Source: an uncultured bacterium (GTDB taxonomy: Bacteria; Acidobacteriota; Thermoanaerobaculia; Multivoradales; JAHZIX01). Taken from it: a DNA stretch of 64,000 nucleotides. The position numbers were made by a program, and so were the translations under genes. The first letter of the stretch is position 1; every line of letters begins with the position of its first letter. Positions 10,145 to 20,927 of the stretch are shown one piece after another. The notes beneath the pieces were generated by a model. The model was not told where the DNA came from, ran no database searches, and worked only from the letters and a program-made list of their open reading frames with translations. Where the stretch lies: positions 672,001 through 736,000 of the forward strand of contig CBDUPA010000001.1 of NCBI GenBank assembly GCA_965368975.1, written 5' to 3'.

Positions 10145-10288
10145 ATGGACCTAGTAATCTGGATTCTCCTGAGTCTGTTCCCGCCCGACACCACCGCCAA
10201 GGCGTCCGCAGCTATTGTCCCGAATGGGGCGTCGGCGATGATTGATCCGAACGGGCTCTCATCCGCCATCGATCCGGACGGCCGATAG
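10145..10288 (+). CDS. Small 47-aa peptide with three I[V/D]P[N/D]G repeats (absent from the ORF track)
   Basis: GGAG RBS then ATG; MDLVIWILLSLFPPDTTAK-ASAAIVPNG-ASAMIDPNG-LSSAIDPDG-R*. Confidence 0.6.
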   Translation: MDLVIWILLSLFPPDTTAKASAAIVPNGASAMIDPNGLSSAIDPDGR

Positions 10289-10331
10289 CGCCAGGCCTTT
10301 CGACCCGTGCTACACCTCCTTTAGATGAAGA

Positions 10332-10358
10332 AGGTAGAATTCATGGTAGATTCTACCT
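10332..10358. promoter_or_regulatory. Inverted repeat upstream of vapBC, probable autoregulatory operator
   Basis: AGGTAGAAT-N9-ATTCTACCT, containing a TAGAAT -10-like hexamer, next to the GGAGG RBS. Confidence 0.6.
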
Positions 10359-10370
10359 AGGAGGTGCGTT

Positions 10371-10625
10371 GTGGCTTTGAGCTTGAAGAATCCGAGGGCT
10401 GAGCAGTTGGCCCGAGTCGTTGCCGCGGAAGCCGGTGAGACCCTGACTCAGGCGGTGATCCACGCCTTGGAAGAGCGCTTACAGCGACTCAAGGGGCGCC
10501 GCACGGCACCGGATACTCTGCAGTCCATTCTCGCGATTTCCGCACGCTGCAGTAGTTTGCCGGATCTTGACGAGCGCAGCATGGACGAGATCTTGGGATA
10601 TGACGAATCCGGTGCTTTCGGCTGA
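10371..10625 (+). CDS. vapB: VapB-type antitoxin (Rv0623-like)
   Basis: MALSLKNPRAEQLAR..GETLTQAV..DEILGYDESG; coupled to a PIN toxin. Confidence 0.85.
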   Translation: MALSLKNPRAEQLARVVAAEAGETLTQAVIHALEERLQRLKGRRTAPDTLQSILAISARCSSLPDLDERSMDEILGYDESGAFG

Positions 10626-11017
10626 TGGTGATCGATGCTTCGGCGCTGGTGGCGATTCTCCTGAGTGAGCCGGAAGCCGAGACCTTTGCCCGAAGTATCG
10701 CGACGGACCCCCGACGTCTGGTGGGGGGAGTGTCAGTCTTGGAAGCTTCGATTGTGCTTCGAACACGCAAAGGTCCGGCGGGTGTGCGTGAACTCGACCT
10801 GTTGATGCACGAGACGGGGATGGAGGTGGTCAGCTTGGACCTACAGCAGGTCCAGTTGGCGCGGGCTGCCTACGAGAAGTTCGGCAAGGGCCGGCACCGG
10901 GCTGCACTAAATCTGGGTGACTGCTGCAGTTATGCACTCTGCCGCGTTTCCGGAGAGTCCCTGTTGTGCAAGGGTAATGACTTCCCGTTGACAGATCTCC
11001 CGATGGTTGTGAGTTGA
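10625..11017 (+). CDS. vapC: VapC PIN-domain ribonuclease toxin
   Basis: MVIDASALVAIL..EPE, FGKGRHRAALNLGDCCSYA, LLCKGNDF. Confidence 0.92.
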   Translation: MVIDASALVAILLSEPEAETFARSIATDPRRLVGGVSVLEASIVLRTRKGPAGVRELDLLMHETGMEVVSLDLQQVQLARAAYEKFGKGRHRAALNLGDCCSYALCRVSGESLLCKGNDFPLTDLPMVVS

Positions 11018-11065
11018 CGGCGTCTATCCGAGTCCGCCCGTTTCCCGGCATTCAGTTCTAGCATT

Positions 11066-13525
11066 TCAGTCTGCTCGCAGCGCCACCAGCGGATCGACGC
11101 GCGTCGCCCGCCGGGCCGGAATCAAGCAGGCGAAGACAGCGGCGACCAGGATGGCAAGGGCGGCGGTAGCGAAGGCACTGAGGGACGTCGGCGCTGTGTC
11201 GAAAAGCATGGCCTGGATCAGGCGGCTGAGGCCGAGGGCGGCGAGCAGGCCGAGGACGATGCCGTAGCCGGCCAGGCGCAGGCCCTGGTGCAGGATCAGG
11301 CGGAGGGTGGCACCGGCATCGGCGCCGAGGGCTTGGCGGATGCCGATCTCGTGCGTGCGCTGGGCGACGGTGTAGGACATGACGCCGTAGATGCCGACGA
11401 CCGCGAGTGCTAGCGCTAGTGCGGCGAACAGGCCGAGCAGCAAGGTGCTGAAGCGGCGGGCGGCGAGGTTGCCGGCCATCAGGTCGGCCATGGTGCGCAG
11501 GTCGGAAATTGGCTGCTCGGGATTGAGGGCCAGAATCTCGCGCCGTACCAGGGGACCGTAGCTGGCGGGATTACCGCTGGTGCGCACCACCCAGGCGGTG
11601 GGGAAGAGGTCGGCGAGGAAGCCGGTGGTGCCGTCGGAGGCTTGAGTGTCGGCGGTGAAGACGGTGGGAGTCGGGGGACGGTCGAGCGCCAGTTCGCTGA
11701 CGTCGCCGACCACGCCGACGATCAGGTCGGGCGGCGTGTCCGAGCCCGGTGGACCGGTGAGGAGACGACGGCCGATGGGGTTCTCGTCGGGGAAGTACTG
11801 CTCGGCCAGCGCCTCATTGACGACCACCACCGTTGGTGCGTCGAGAGAATCGTGGCTGTCGAAGGTGCGCCCGCGCAGCAGGGGGATTCCCATGGTGTGG
11901 AAGTAGTCGGCCGAGATCTGACGCCACTGGCCGCGACCTTGACGCGTTGCAGCATCTGCGGGCTCGCGGCCTTCGACGTCGAAAATGTACATCAGGCCGT
12001 GTTCGAGCGGCAGCATGGAAACAGTGGCGGCAGCTTCGATGCCAGGGTTCTGCAGCAGGCGCTCGACGGCGCGCTCGGTGAACCGGGTCACCTGAGACGT
12101 CGTCAGGCTGGCGGTTTCACCCTGCCTCTCGGGGGTGGGCGACATCTTGAAGGTCAGGATCTGCTCGTAGTCATAGCCCGGGTCGAGGGCGGTGACCTTG
12201 AGGAAGCTCTGCACCAGGAGTAGGGCCCCGACCAGGAGCACCAGGGCCAGTGCGACCTCGGCGACGACCAGGGCGCCCCGTCCTCGGCTACGCTGCCCGC
12301 CGGTGCCCTGGGCGCTCTTGAGCGCCGCTTGCAGATCGGCTTTGGAGCCGTGCCAGGCGGGGATCAGGCCGAACAGGATGCCGGTCAGTAGGGTGACGGC
12401 GAAGGTGAAGCCGATCACCAAGACATCGATCTCAATGCCGTCGAGACGCGGCAGGCCGCTCGGCGTCCAGCGCACCAGGACGCCCATGCCAGCGCGCGCT
12501 AGGAGCAGACCGAGGGCGCCGCCGGTCAGTGCCAAGACCAGGCTTTCGACCAGCAGCTGGCGTAGCAGCTGCATTCGGCTGGCACCTAGCGATGCGCGCA
12601 CGGCGATCTCGCGGCGGCGGCCACGGGCCCGCGCCAGCAGAAGGTTGGCGACGTTGGCGCAGGCGATCAGCAAGACGAGGCCGACGGCGCCGAGGAGCAT
12701 CAACAGTGCCGGCCGCACGTTACCGACGAGTTGATCGAGGTAAGGGCGTACGAAGATGCTGACGCCGTCGCGCAGCAGCTGTGGGTGCTCGGCGCGCAGC
12801 GATTCGGCGATGGCGGCCATCTCCGAGCGTGCTGCGTCGACGGAACGGTCCGGATGCAGGCGGGCGAGCGTGTAGTAAACGGCGGCGCCGCCTTGTGGAT
12901 TGAACTCGAGGTGCAGCGGTGTCCAGACATCGGCGTGGTTGATGAAGTCGAAGCCGTTCGCCATCACGCCGACCACGGTGTGTTCCTCGCCGCTCAGGCG
13001 GATCGGTCGGCCGACGATGGCGGGGTCGGCGGCGAAGCGCCGGCGCCACAGGCCATCGCTGATCATCGCCACCTTGGCGGCCCCGGGTTCGCCGTCCGCC
13101 TCGGTGAAGTCGCGTCCGACTTGTGGCGGCACGCCCAGGACGCGGAAGAAGGACGGCGAGACGCCCAGGCTGGCTACGCGCTCTGGGCGGTCACCAGCTG
13201 CCAGTTCTCCGGGCACCAGGTTGAGCCCGCCGCCGCGGCCTTCATACAGGGCCATGTCGCTGAAGCAGCCATTGTGCTCACGCCAGTAGAGGTACTGGCT
13301 GATCGTCACCGCATTGGACTGGCCGGCGGGCAACTGGCGGCCGATCTGCAGCAACTCTTCCGGTTGTGCGTAGGGCAGGGGGTCGAGGAGGACGCGATCA
13401 AGCACGCTGAACAGCGCGGTATTGGCGCCGATGCCGAGCGCCAGCACGGTCACGGCGACGGCGGTGAAGCCACGGTTCTTGGTCATCGATCGCAGGGCGT
13501 GGCGCAGATCCCGGGTGAAGCTCAT
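11066..13525 (-). CDS. ABC permease, ADOP (duplicated MacB-PCD/FtsX) family
   Basis: [60 protein letters not shown]. Confidence 0.92.
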   Translation of the reverse strand: MSFTRDLRHALRSMTKNRGFTAVAVTVLALGIGANTALFSVLDRVLLDPLPYAQPEELLQIGRQLPAGQSNAVTISQYLYWREHNGCFSDMALYEGRGGGLNLVPGELAAGDRPERVASLGVSPSFFRVLGVPPQVGRDFTEADGEPGAAKVAMISDGLWRRRFAADPAIVGRPIRLSGEEHTVVGVMANGFDFINHADVWTPLHLEFNPQGGAAVYYTLARLHPDRSVDAARSEMAAIAESLRAEHPQLLRDGVSIFVRPYLDQLVGNVRPALLMLLGAVGLVLLIACANVANLLLARARGRRREIAVRASLGASRMQLLRQLLVESLVLALTGGALGLLLARAGMGVLVRWTPSGLPRLDGIEIDVLVIGFTFAVTLLTGILFGLIPAWHGSKADLQAALKSAQGTGGQRSRGRGALVVAEVALALVLLVGALLLVQSFLKVTALDPGYDYEQILTFKMSPTPERQGETASLTTSQVTRFTERAVERLLQNPGIEAAATVSMLPLEHGLMYIFDVEGREPADAATRQGRGQWRQISADYFHTMGIPLLRGRTFDSHDSLDAPTVVVVNEALAEQYFPDENPIGRRLLTGPPGSDTPPDLIVGVVGDVSELALDRPPTPTVFTADTQASDGTTGFLADLFPTAWVVRTSGNPASYGPLVRREILALNPEQPISDLRTMADLMAGNLAARRFSTLLLGLFAALALALAVVGIYGVMSYTVAQRTHEIGIRQALGADAGATLRLILHQGLRLAGYGIVLGLLAALGLSRLIQAMLFDTAPTSLSAFATAALAILVAAVFACLIPARRATRVDPLVALRAD

Positions 13526-13691
13526 CAGCGTCTCCTTTCGGCCAGTAACCAGTGCCGGTAGCCAGGTTCTATCGTTTCCATACGGCGCGCGCGGCGGAGG
13601 GTTCTCTCTCGCGCCCGTCCTGGGGTGATTGCCGGGGACACGGTATGATCACCGCCTGTGGCAACTCAGGACGATTTCGCGAGGAGGCGAT

Positions 13692-15479
<1,788 letters not shown>

Positions 15480-15567
15480 CGGGAGCCGCGGCGAGGGTTA
15501 CAATCGCTGCGAGACTTCGAATCTGGTACGATCTGCAGGTTCCGACGTTCCCAGCGAGGTATCGACC

Positions 15568-16209
15568 GTGACCCCAAGCCCGGAATTGCATCTGCGGCCG
15601 CTCTTCCCGACCCTGCTCGGGCAGGCGGATTTTGCGGCGGCCGCGGACCTCAATCCGCAATTGGCAGCGTATCTCCTGCAATGCGAGCAGGCCGAAGTGG
15701 GCGTTGCGCCTCGCACCACCGTGCGTCACGGTTGGCAGAGTGAGCTGGGTTTTCTCGACCGAGACCTGGAAGAGCTGGCGCCGCTGCGCGCCTTCTTCAA
15801 TCGCTCGATCGAAGCCTGGTTGGCCGAGCACGGCCGCTTCACACCCAGCAGTCCGGCGCCCGCGGGGTGGACGTACAGCTACCAGGGTTGGGCGGTGGTT
15901 CTGCGCCAGGGTGGCTTCCAGCACCAGCATGTCCACACGCGCACCGACCTGGTCGGTGTCTACTGCGTTGCGACTCCTTGGCGGCAGGGAGAGGCCGCTT
16001 CCGGCCACCTGACCCTGATCGATCCACGCGGTGGTCGGCTGGCGAATCGGCTGGCCTGGGAGGCGGACCGAATCGAGATCGAGCCGGTACCGGGGCGTTT
16101 GCTCCTGTTCCCGAGCTTCTTGCCGCACCGCGTGGAAGAGGTTCGTCAGCCGGGAGCGCGGATCACCATCAACTTCGACGTCACCATTCAGCCGAACACA
16201 AGGAGATGA
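15568..16209 (+). CDS. Putative 2OG-Fe(II) oxygenase (TIGR02466-like)
   Basis: GWQS, WAVV..GGFQHQHVH..LVGVY, LIDPR, PGRLLLFPSFLPHRV, RITINFD. Confidence 0.8.
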   Translation: MTPSPELHLRPLFPTLLGQADFAAAADLNPQLAAYLLQCEQAEVGVAPRTTVRHGWQSELGFLDRDLEELAPLRAFFNRSIEAWLAEHGRFTPSSPAPAGWTYSYQGWAVVLRQGGFQHQHVHTRTDLVGVYCVATPWRQGEAASGHLTLIDPRGGRLANRLAWEADRIEIEPVPGRLLLFPSFLPHRVEEVRQPGARITINFDVTIQPNTRR

Positions 16210-16212
16210 ACC

Positions 16213-16734
16213 ATGCCAGTGTTCCGTGATGCCAAGGGCAACCACTACGAGATCAGTGACCAAGACCTGGAGCGCTTCAAGATCGAAGGCGCTCCGGAGC
16301 AGGCCGCGGGGCACCAAGTCGCGGCCTACAACTACGCTCCCGCCGCTGGTGCCGCCTACAACTACGCTGCCGGCGCCAACGCTGCTGGCACCAACGCTGC
16401 TGGCACCCCCCAGGGAGCTGCGTACAACTATGCCGGCGCCGCTCCGGGTGCTGCGTACAACTATGCTGCCAATCCAGCGTACTTCTGGGACCACCGCGCC
16501 CCGCAGCAGCAGGGAGCTGCCTACAACTACGCTGCCAATCCAGCGTATTTCTGGGATCACCGTGCGCCGCAACAGCAGGGAGCTGCGTACAACTACGCCG
16601 GCGCCGCTCCGGGAGCTGCCTACAACTATGCTCCCGCCGCTGGTGCCGCGTACAACTATGCAGCCCCCGACGTAGCGGCCTACAACTACGAAGGTGCCGC
16701 TGCGAAGCCGGATGACGCCGACAGCGAGGGCTGA
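16213..16734 (+). CDS. Multicore repeat peptide, putative RiPP precursor (9x AAYNY, 2x AYFWDHR)
   Basis: AGGAG RBS; charged leader-like N-terminus; Ala/Gly/Pro spacers; acidic tail; lies between an oxygenase and a P450. Confidence 0.8.
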   Translation: MPVFRDAKGNHYEISDQDLERFKIEGAPEQAAGHQVAAYNYAPAAGAAYNYAAGANAAGTNAAGTPQGAAYNYAGAAPGAAYNYAANPAYFWDHRAPQQQGAAYNYAANPAYFWDHRAPQQQGAAYNYAGAAPGAAYNYAPAAGAAYNYAAPDVAAYNYEGAAAKPDDADSEG

Positions 16735-17986
16735 GATCCGCGGGGGACGTGGGGCCCCGGGTGCGCTGAGCTTCTTCACCGAACTGCGCAGCCAGGGGGC
16801 CATCGCCAGCTTTGTTTGGCAGGGGCGGCCCGCCCGCCTGCTCAACGAGCCCTCGATCATCGAGCACGTGCTGGGAGACGGGCGGGGCAACTACCTCAAC
16901 CCGCCCCATGAGTATGCCGACCTGCAGCCGATCCTGACGCCGGCCGGCCGGCTGCTGCTGGGGCTGCACGGCCGTTCGCCGGCGCTCGCTGCTGCCGGCG
17001 AGCACTCGGCGGCGCGGGCGGAGTTCGAACGGTTGCTGCTACAGGCGGGCGACGACCTGTGCGAGCGCTTGCTACCCACTGTGCGGCCCGGCGCTGCGTC
17101 AGAGGGGCTGGTGCCGGATGCCCTCGAGCCACTGAAGGTCTCGATGCTGCAGTTCTTCACTCGCCTGCTGTTCGACGTCGAGGTCGACGACGGTGCCGCG
17201 ATAGCCTGCCAGCGGGCGGCCGCTTGGCTGGAGATCGAAAGCGTACGCCAGCGGGCCGGAGCTGCTCCTCGGCCAGGGGTGGAGCTGGCGGAGCGTCAGC
17301 AGCTGGAGTTCGCGTCGCTGGTGCTGGCCCAGCGCTTGCGGCAAGTTGGGCGACCCGTGGCCGCGGCCACGCAGGAGTTCGGGAGTTCCACCAGACGAGC
17401 GGTGATCCGCACGCTTCTCAATGGCTACAACGCAATGGCGACGACCCTGGCTTGGACCTGCGTCTTGCTGGCCGCGCATCCCGAGACCCAGGCTCGCTTG
17501 GTCTCGCAGGCGCGAGGGACCTTGCCGCGCCGGCGACCGGCGCTCCGCGATGTGGCGAGCTTGACGGAAGTCCGCTACGCGATCCAAGAAGCGGAACGGC
17601 TCTACCCGTCTGCTTGGCTCTTGGGGCGTACGGCGCTGCGCGACGAGAGCTTCGGCCGCTGGCATGTGCCGGCTGGGGCCCTGGTCTACATCTGCCCCTT
17701 CGCTCTGCACCGCGACCCGCGCTTCTGGCAGCAGCCAGACGCCTTCCTGCCGCTACGCTTCGCTGCTCCTGGAACTGCGCGTCCGCGGGGGACGTTCCTA
17801 CCGTTTGGTAGCGGACCTCGTCGATGTCCTGCCAGGTCGCTCAGTCAAGCGATGCTGGTGCTGCTACTCGCCGCTTTGTTGGCTCGCTACCAGCTTCGAG
17901 AGGTACCGGGGACGCAGGTGGTGCCGTGGCCGCTGATCTCTCTCCGGCCGCACCCCTCCGTGCCGCTGCGCCTGCTGCCACGGTAG
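16712..17986 (+). CDS. Cytochrome P450 with atypical I-helix
   Basis: ExxR (EAERLYP), HRDPRFW..PDAFLPLRF, heme motif FLPFGSGPRRCPA; start approximate (ATG 16712 overlaps the precursor end). Confidence 0.9.
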   Translation: MTPTARAEIRGGRGAPGALSFFTELRSQGAIASFVWQGRPARLLNEPSIIEHVLGDGRGNYLNPPHEYADLQPILTPAGRLLLGLHGRSPALAAAGEHSAARAEFERLLLQAGDDLCERLLPTVRPGAASEGLVPDALEPLKVSMLQFFTRLLFDVEVDDGAAIACQRAAAWLEIESVRQRAGAAPRPGVELAERQQLEFASLVLAQRLRQVGRPVAAATQEFGSSTRRAVIRTLLNGYNAMATTLAWTCVLLAAHPETQARLVSQARGTLPRRRPALRDVASLTEVRYAIQEAERLYPSAWLLGRTALRDESFGRWHVPAGALVYICPFALHRDPRFWQQPDAFLPLRFAAPGTARPRGTFLPFGSGPRRCPARSLSQAMLVLLLAALLARYQLREVPGTQVVPWPLISLRPHPSVPLRLLPR

Positions 17987-17987
17987 T

Positions 17988-18083
17988 GCGAGCGCTTCGA
18001 CGTGCACGTGTTCCACGACGTCGTGCTGTGGAACGGCTCGATTCCGCTGTCGGTATTGGAGGTGGAGATCGATCGCCCTATCG
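17988..18083 (+). repeat. Direct repeat copy 2, orphan DUF885 3'-end fragment
   Basis: Translates [29 protein letters not shown] versus [29 protein letters not shown] in the intact gene. Confidence 0.9.
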
Positions 18084-18193
18084 AGACCTCGGAGAAAGAG
18101 GCGACCACCGGCCCTGCCTGTGAGAAGGAGAGGGAGAGACGGAAAAGCCGGGGTCGCCGCAGAGGAGATGTCAGTGGAAGAAAAGCCCGGTCG

Positions 18194-19342
18194 TCAGAAC
18201 GACCAAGCGAGGCTGACGATGCTGAGCTCCGTCTCGACGGGGTCGTCGAGGATGATGCTGAGCGGGATGCTCTCAACCTGGCTGTATCCCTCGAACCACT
18301 GGTGCTCGAGCTTCGCTGTCAAGTTGGGTAGCACGTCGTAGCGTAGGCCGATCGTCTTGACCTCTTCCAGGGATTCCTCGAAGACGGTCAGAAACGGGAT
18401 CTCGAAGCGAAGATCGGCGTTCTCGTACCTCGCGGCAGCGTGCAACCGGTCGGTGAGGCGTACGTCGACTTCGGCGTACCAAGGAGTGAATCGACCACCA
18501 GCCCACGATCGCTGGGAGTACTCGATCCGAACCGTCCAGGGATCGAAGGCTGCGTCTACAGATGCGTAGAGCGTCTCCTCAGTGATGTCTTCGCCTCGCC
18601 GTAGAATCGTGTCCTGGACCTCCAGATGGTTGGCGCCAAGGCCGATTCGTAGACCCTCGACCGGAGTGTTGATCCAGAGCCAAGCTCCGATGGCGTTCTT
18701 GATGTCAGCTGTGGTGTAGTCGAGCGTAGCGTTGGCGAACTCAATACGTTCCCATTCGCCGTAGTAGAGGTGTCCGTCGAAGCTCCAGTCCCCGGTCGCT
18801 GCGCTCTCGTAGGTCAGGACGATCCCGTCGACCGAATCACTGGTCCAGGTTCCGTCACCATAGAAGGAGCCGGAAGGGCGGTAGAAGGGGAGCAGGGTGC
18901 CGACGTCCTTGATCTCGTTGTAGATACCGATGGGCAGTGGGACTCGGCCGACGCGCACTGAGAACTCGTCGGACAGAACCCGCCGGTAGAAGAGCCAGTC
19001 GATTTCGATGTCGTCGCGAAGCTCGTTCGAAGGACTCGTACCGACGGAATCGTTGGCCAGTTGCAGAACCAGCTCATTTCGATCAGCGAGAGCGAGCCGG
19101 AACTGCAGTGCGACGGTATGGAGGTCAGCCGTTCCGTTCTCGGAGACACCGCTGTAGTCGAAGTTCTCCGAGACGCCGTAGCCCCAGTTGATGAAGCCGA
19201 AGAAGTCGAAGTCGACCTGGTATTTCTCCGTGGCTGGCGGCGCCTCGGCCTCTGAGGTCATCGAAGTCTGAGCTACGACGGGGATCGATGGGGAGATTAG
19301 GCATAGAAAGCCCAAAATGAGCGATAATTGTATGTATCTCAT
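18194..19342 (-). CDS. Outer-membrane beta-barrel (porin-like) protein, paralog 2
   Basis: Signal peptide; alternating beta-strand pattern; C-terminal SIVSLAWSF; closely similar to the upstream gene. Confidence 0.75.
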   Translation of the reverse strand: MRYIQLSLILGFLCLISPSIPVVAQTSMTSEAEAPPATEKYQVDFDFFGFINWGYGVSENFDYSGVSENGTADLHTVALQFRLALADRNELVLQLANDSVGTSPSNELRDDIEIDWLFYRRVLSDEFSVRVGRVPLPIGIYNEIKDVGTLLPFYRPSGSFYGDGTWTSDSVDGIVLTYESAATGDWSFDGHLYYGEWERIEFANATLDYTTADIKNAIGAWLWINTPVEGLRIGLGANHLEVQDTILRRGEDITEETLYASVDAAFDPWTVRIEYSQRSWAGGRFTPWYAEVDVRLTDRLHAAARYENADLRFEIPFLTVFEESLEEVKTIGLRYDVLPNLTAKLEHQWFEGYSQVESIPLSIILDDPVETELSIVSLAWSF

Positions 19343-19376
19343 GTCTGCTCCTGAGTGAATGTAGAAAGCCCGTTCG

Positions 19377-20534
19377 TCAGAACGACCAAGCGAGGCTGAC
19401 GATGCTGAGCTCCGTCTCAACGGGATCGTCGAAGAAGATGTTCAGCGGCTGATCTTCGATCTGACCGAACCCCTCGAACCATTGGTATTCGGCCTTGACC
19501 ACCAACTCTGGCAGGATCGCGTAGCGCAGGCCGACGCTGTAGAGGTCTTCGATCGTGCCGTCGAAGGTGGCGAAGAAGGGGACTTCGAAGTAGAGGTCGG
19601 CGGTCTCGAAGCGGCCCGCCAGGTTCAGGCGGTCGGTGAGCTTGACGTCGATCTCTGCGTACCAGGGAGTCCAGTCGCCGCCGGTGAAGGATCGCCGGGA
19701 ATACTCGACGCGCACGCTCACGGGGTCGAAGTTGGCGTCGATCGAGACGTAGCGCGTCTCCTCCGAGTCGGTCACGCCGGGCGCCAGGAACACGCCGCCC
19801 GTGGCGTGGAAGTGGTTGTACCCGAGGCCCACGCGCAGTCCGTCGACGGGCGTGTTGATCCAAGTCCAGATGCCGCCAGCGTCCTCGATGTCGGCCACGT
19901 CGAAGGAAAGGTCGCCGCCCGACGTCTCGATGCGCTCCCACTCTCCGTAGTAGAGATGCGTGTCGAAGCTCCAGTCGCGGGTGCGGTCGGACTCGTAAGT
20001 GAAGACGATGCCGTCGACAGAGTCGCTGGTCCAAGTGCCGTCACCGTAGTAGACGCCCGAGGCACGGTAGAACGGCAGCAGGGTGCCGACGTCCTTGACC
20101 TCGTTGTAGATGCCGATCGGCAGGGGAACACGACCGACCCGGAAGTACGCATGATCGCTCAGCGTTCGACGGTAGTAGAGCCAGTCGAGTTCCAGGTCAT
20201 CGCGCAGCTCGTTCGACGGGCTCGTGCCGACGCGTTCATTGGCGAGTTGGAGTACGAATTCGTCCTTGTTGGTCGGGTTCAGCCGAAACTGCAGGGCGAC
20301 GGTGTGAAGATCGGCGGTGCCGTCTTCGGGGACGCCTCGATAGGCATGACCATCGGCGATGCCGTAGCCCCAGTTGATGAAGCCGAAGAAGCTGAAGGCG
20401 ACCTTGGAGCCTGCCTGAACCGGGTCGGCAGAGTCGTCCAGACTGGCCGGGTTTTGGGCGCTGCTCGGGACCACGGCCAGCACGGTCGCGAGGGACGTGA
20501 GAATCACGATGAGAGCGGACTTCTGACAGATCAT
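19377..20534 (-). CDS. Outer-membrane beta-barrel (porin-like) protein, paralog 1
   Basis: Signal peptide; RVGRVPLPIGIYNE motif; C-terminal SIVSLAWSF; GGAGG RBS. Confidence 0.75.
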   Translation of the reverse strand: MICQKSALIVILTSLATVLAVVPSSAQNPASLDDSADPVQAGSKVAFSFFGFINWGYGIADGHAYRGVPEDGTADLHTVALQFRLNPTNKDEFVLQLANERVGTSPSNELRDDLELDWLYYRRTLSDHAYFRVGRVPLPIGIYNEVKDVGTLLPFYRASGVYYGDGTWTSDSVDGIVFTYESDRTRDWSFDTHLYYGEWERIETSGGDLSFDVADIEDAGGIWTWINTPVDGLRVGLGYNHFHATGGVFLAPGVTDSEETRYVSIDANFDPVSVRVEYSRRSFTGGDWTPWYAEIDVKLTDRLNLAGRFETADLYFEVPFFATFDGTIEDLYSVGLRYAILPELVVKAEYQWFEGFGQIEDQPLNIFFDDPVETELSIVSLAWSF

Positions 20535-20652
20535 GACGCCTCCTGTTTGGGCGATAGAAAGGATCAAACAATGAAAGTAGGCACACGACTCCCGCATGGG
20601 TGACATTGTCAACCATCGAATTGGTTTCGAGGCGCACCAACTTCCAGCCACT

Positions 20653-20668
20653 AGAGCACTTGTGCTCT
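20653..20668. promoter_or_regulatory. Palindrome in the AT-rich region upstream of the porin pair
   Basis: AGAGCAC-TT-GTGCTCT. Confidence 0.3.
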
Positions 20669-20927
20669 GACTGCTACCTCTTCCTATGAAATCTAGAATG
20701 GAAATCAGGACAGGTGTGAATTGGGATGACCTGCCTGAGTTGAGTCAAAGGCTAGCATGATGTAGCCACCTTCGCAAGGATAATGTTGAATGCGGCAAAG
20801 ATTAAATGATAGATATGAAAGGAGTTTTCTATTGCTGTATTTTAGTTGTTTTGAGGCTCGAGGATGAAGAGATTGCGATGTATTCTTCGAGGCGCAGCGC
20901 CGGAGGCGGCGAACCAGGTGGCGGTCG

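Noticed and set aside
10003-10269. 88-aa minus-strand ORF with PFG.I repeats
   Set aside because: Antisense of the RBS-supported IDPNG peptide, which explains the periodicity better
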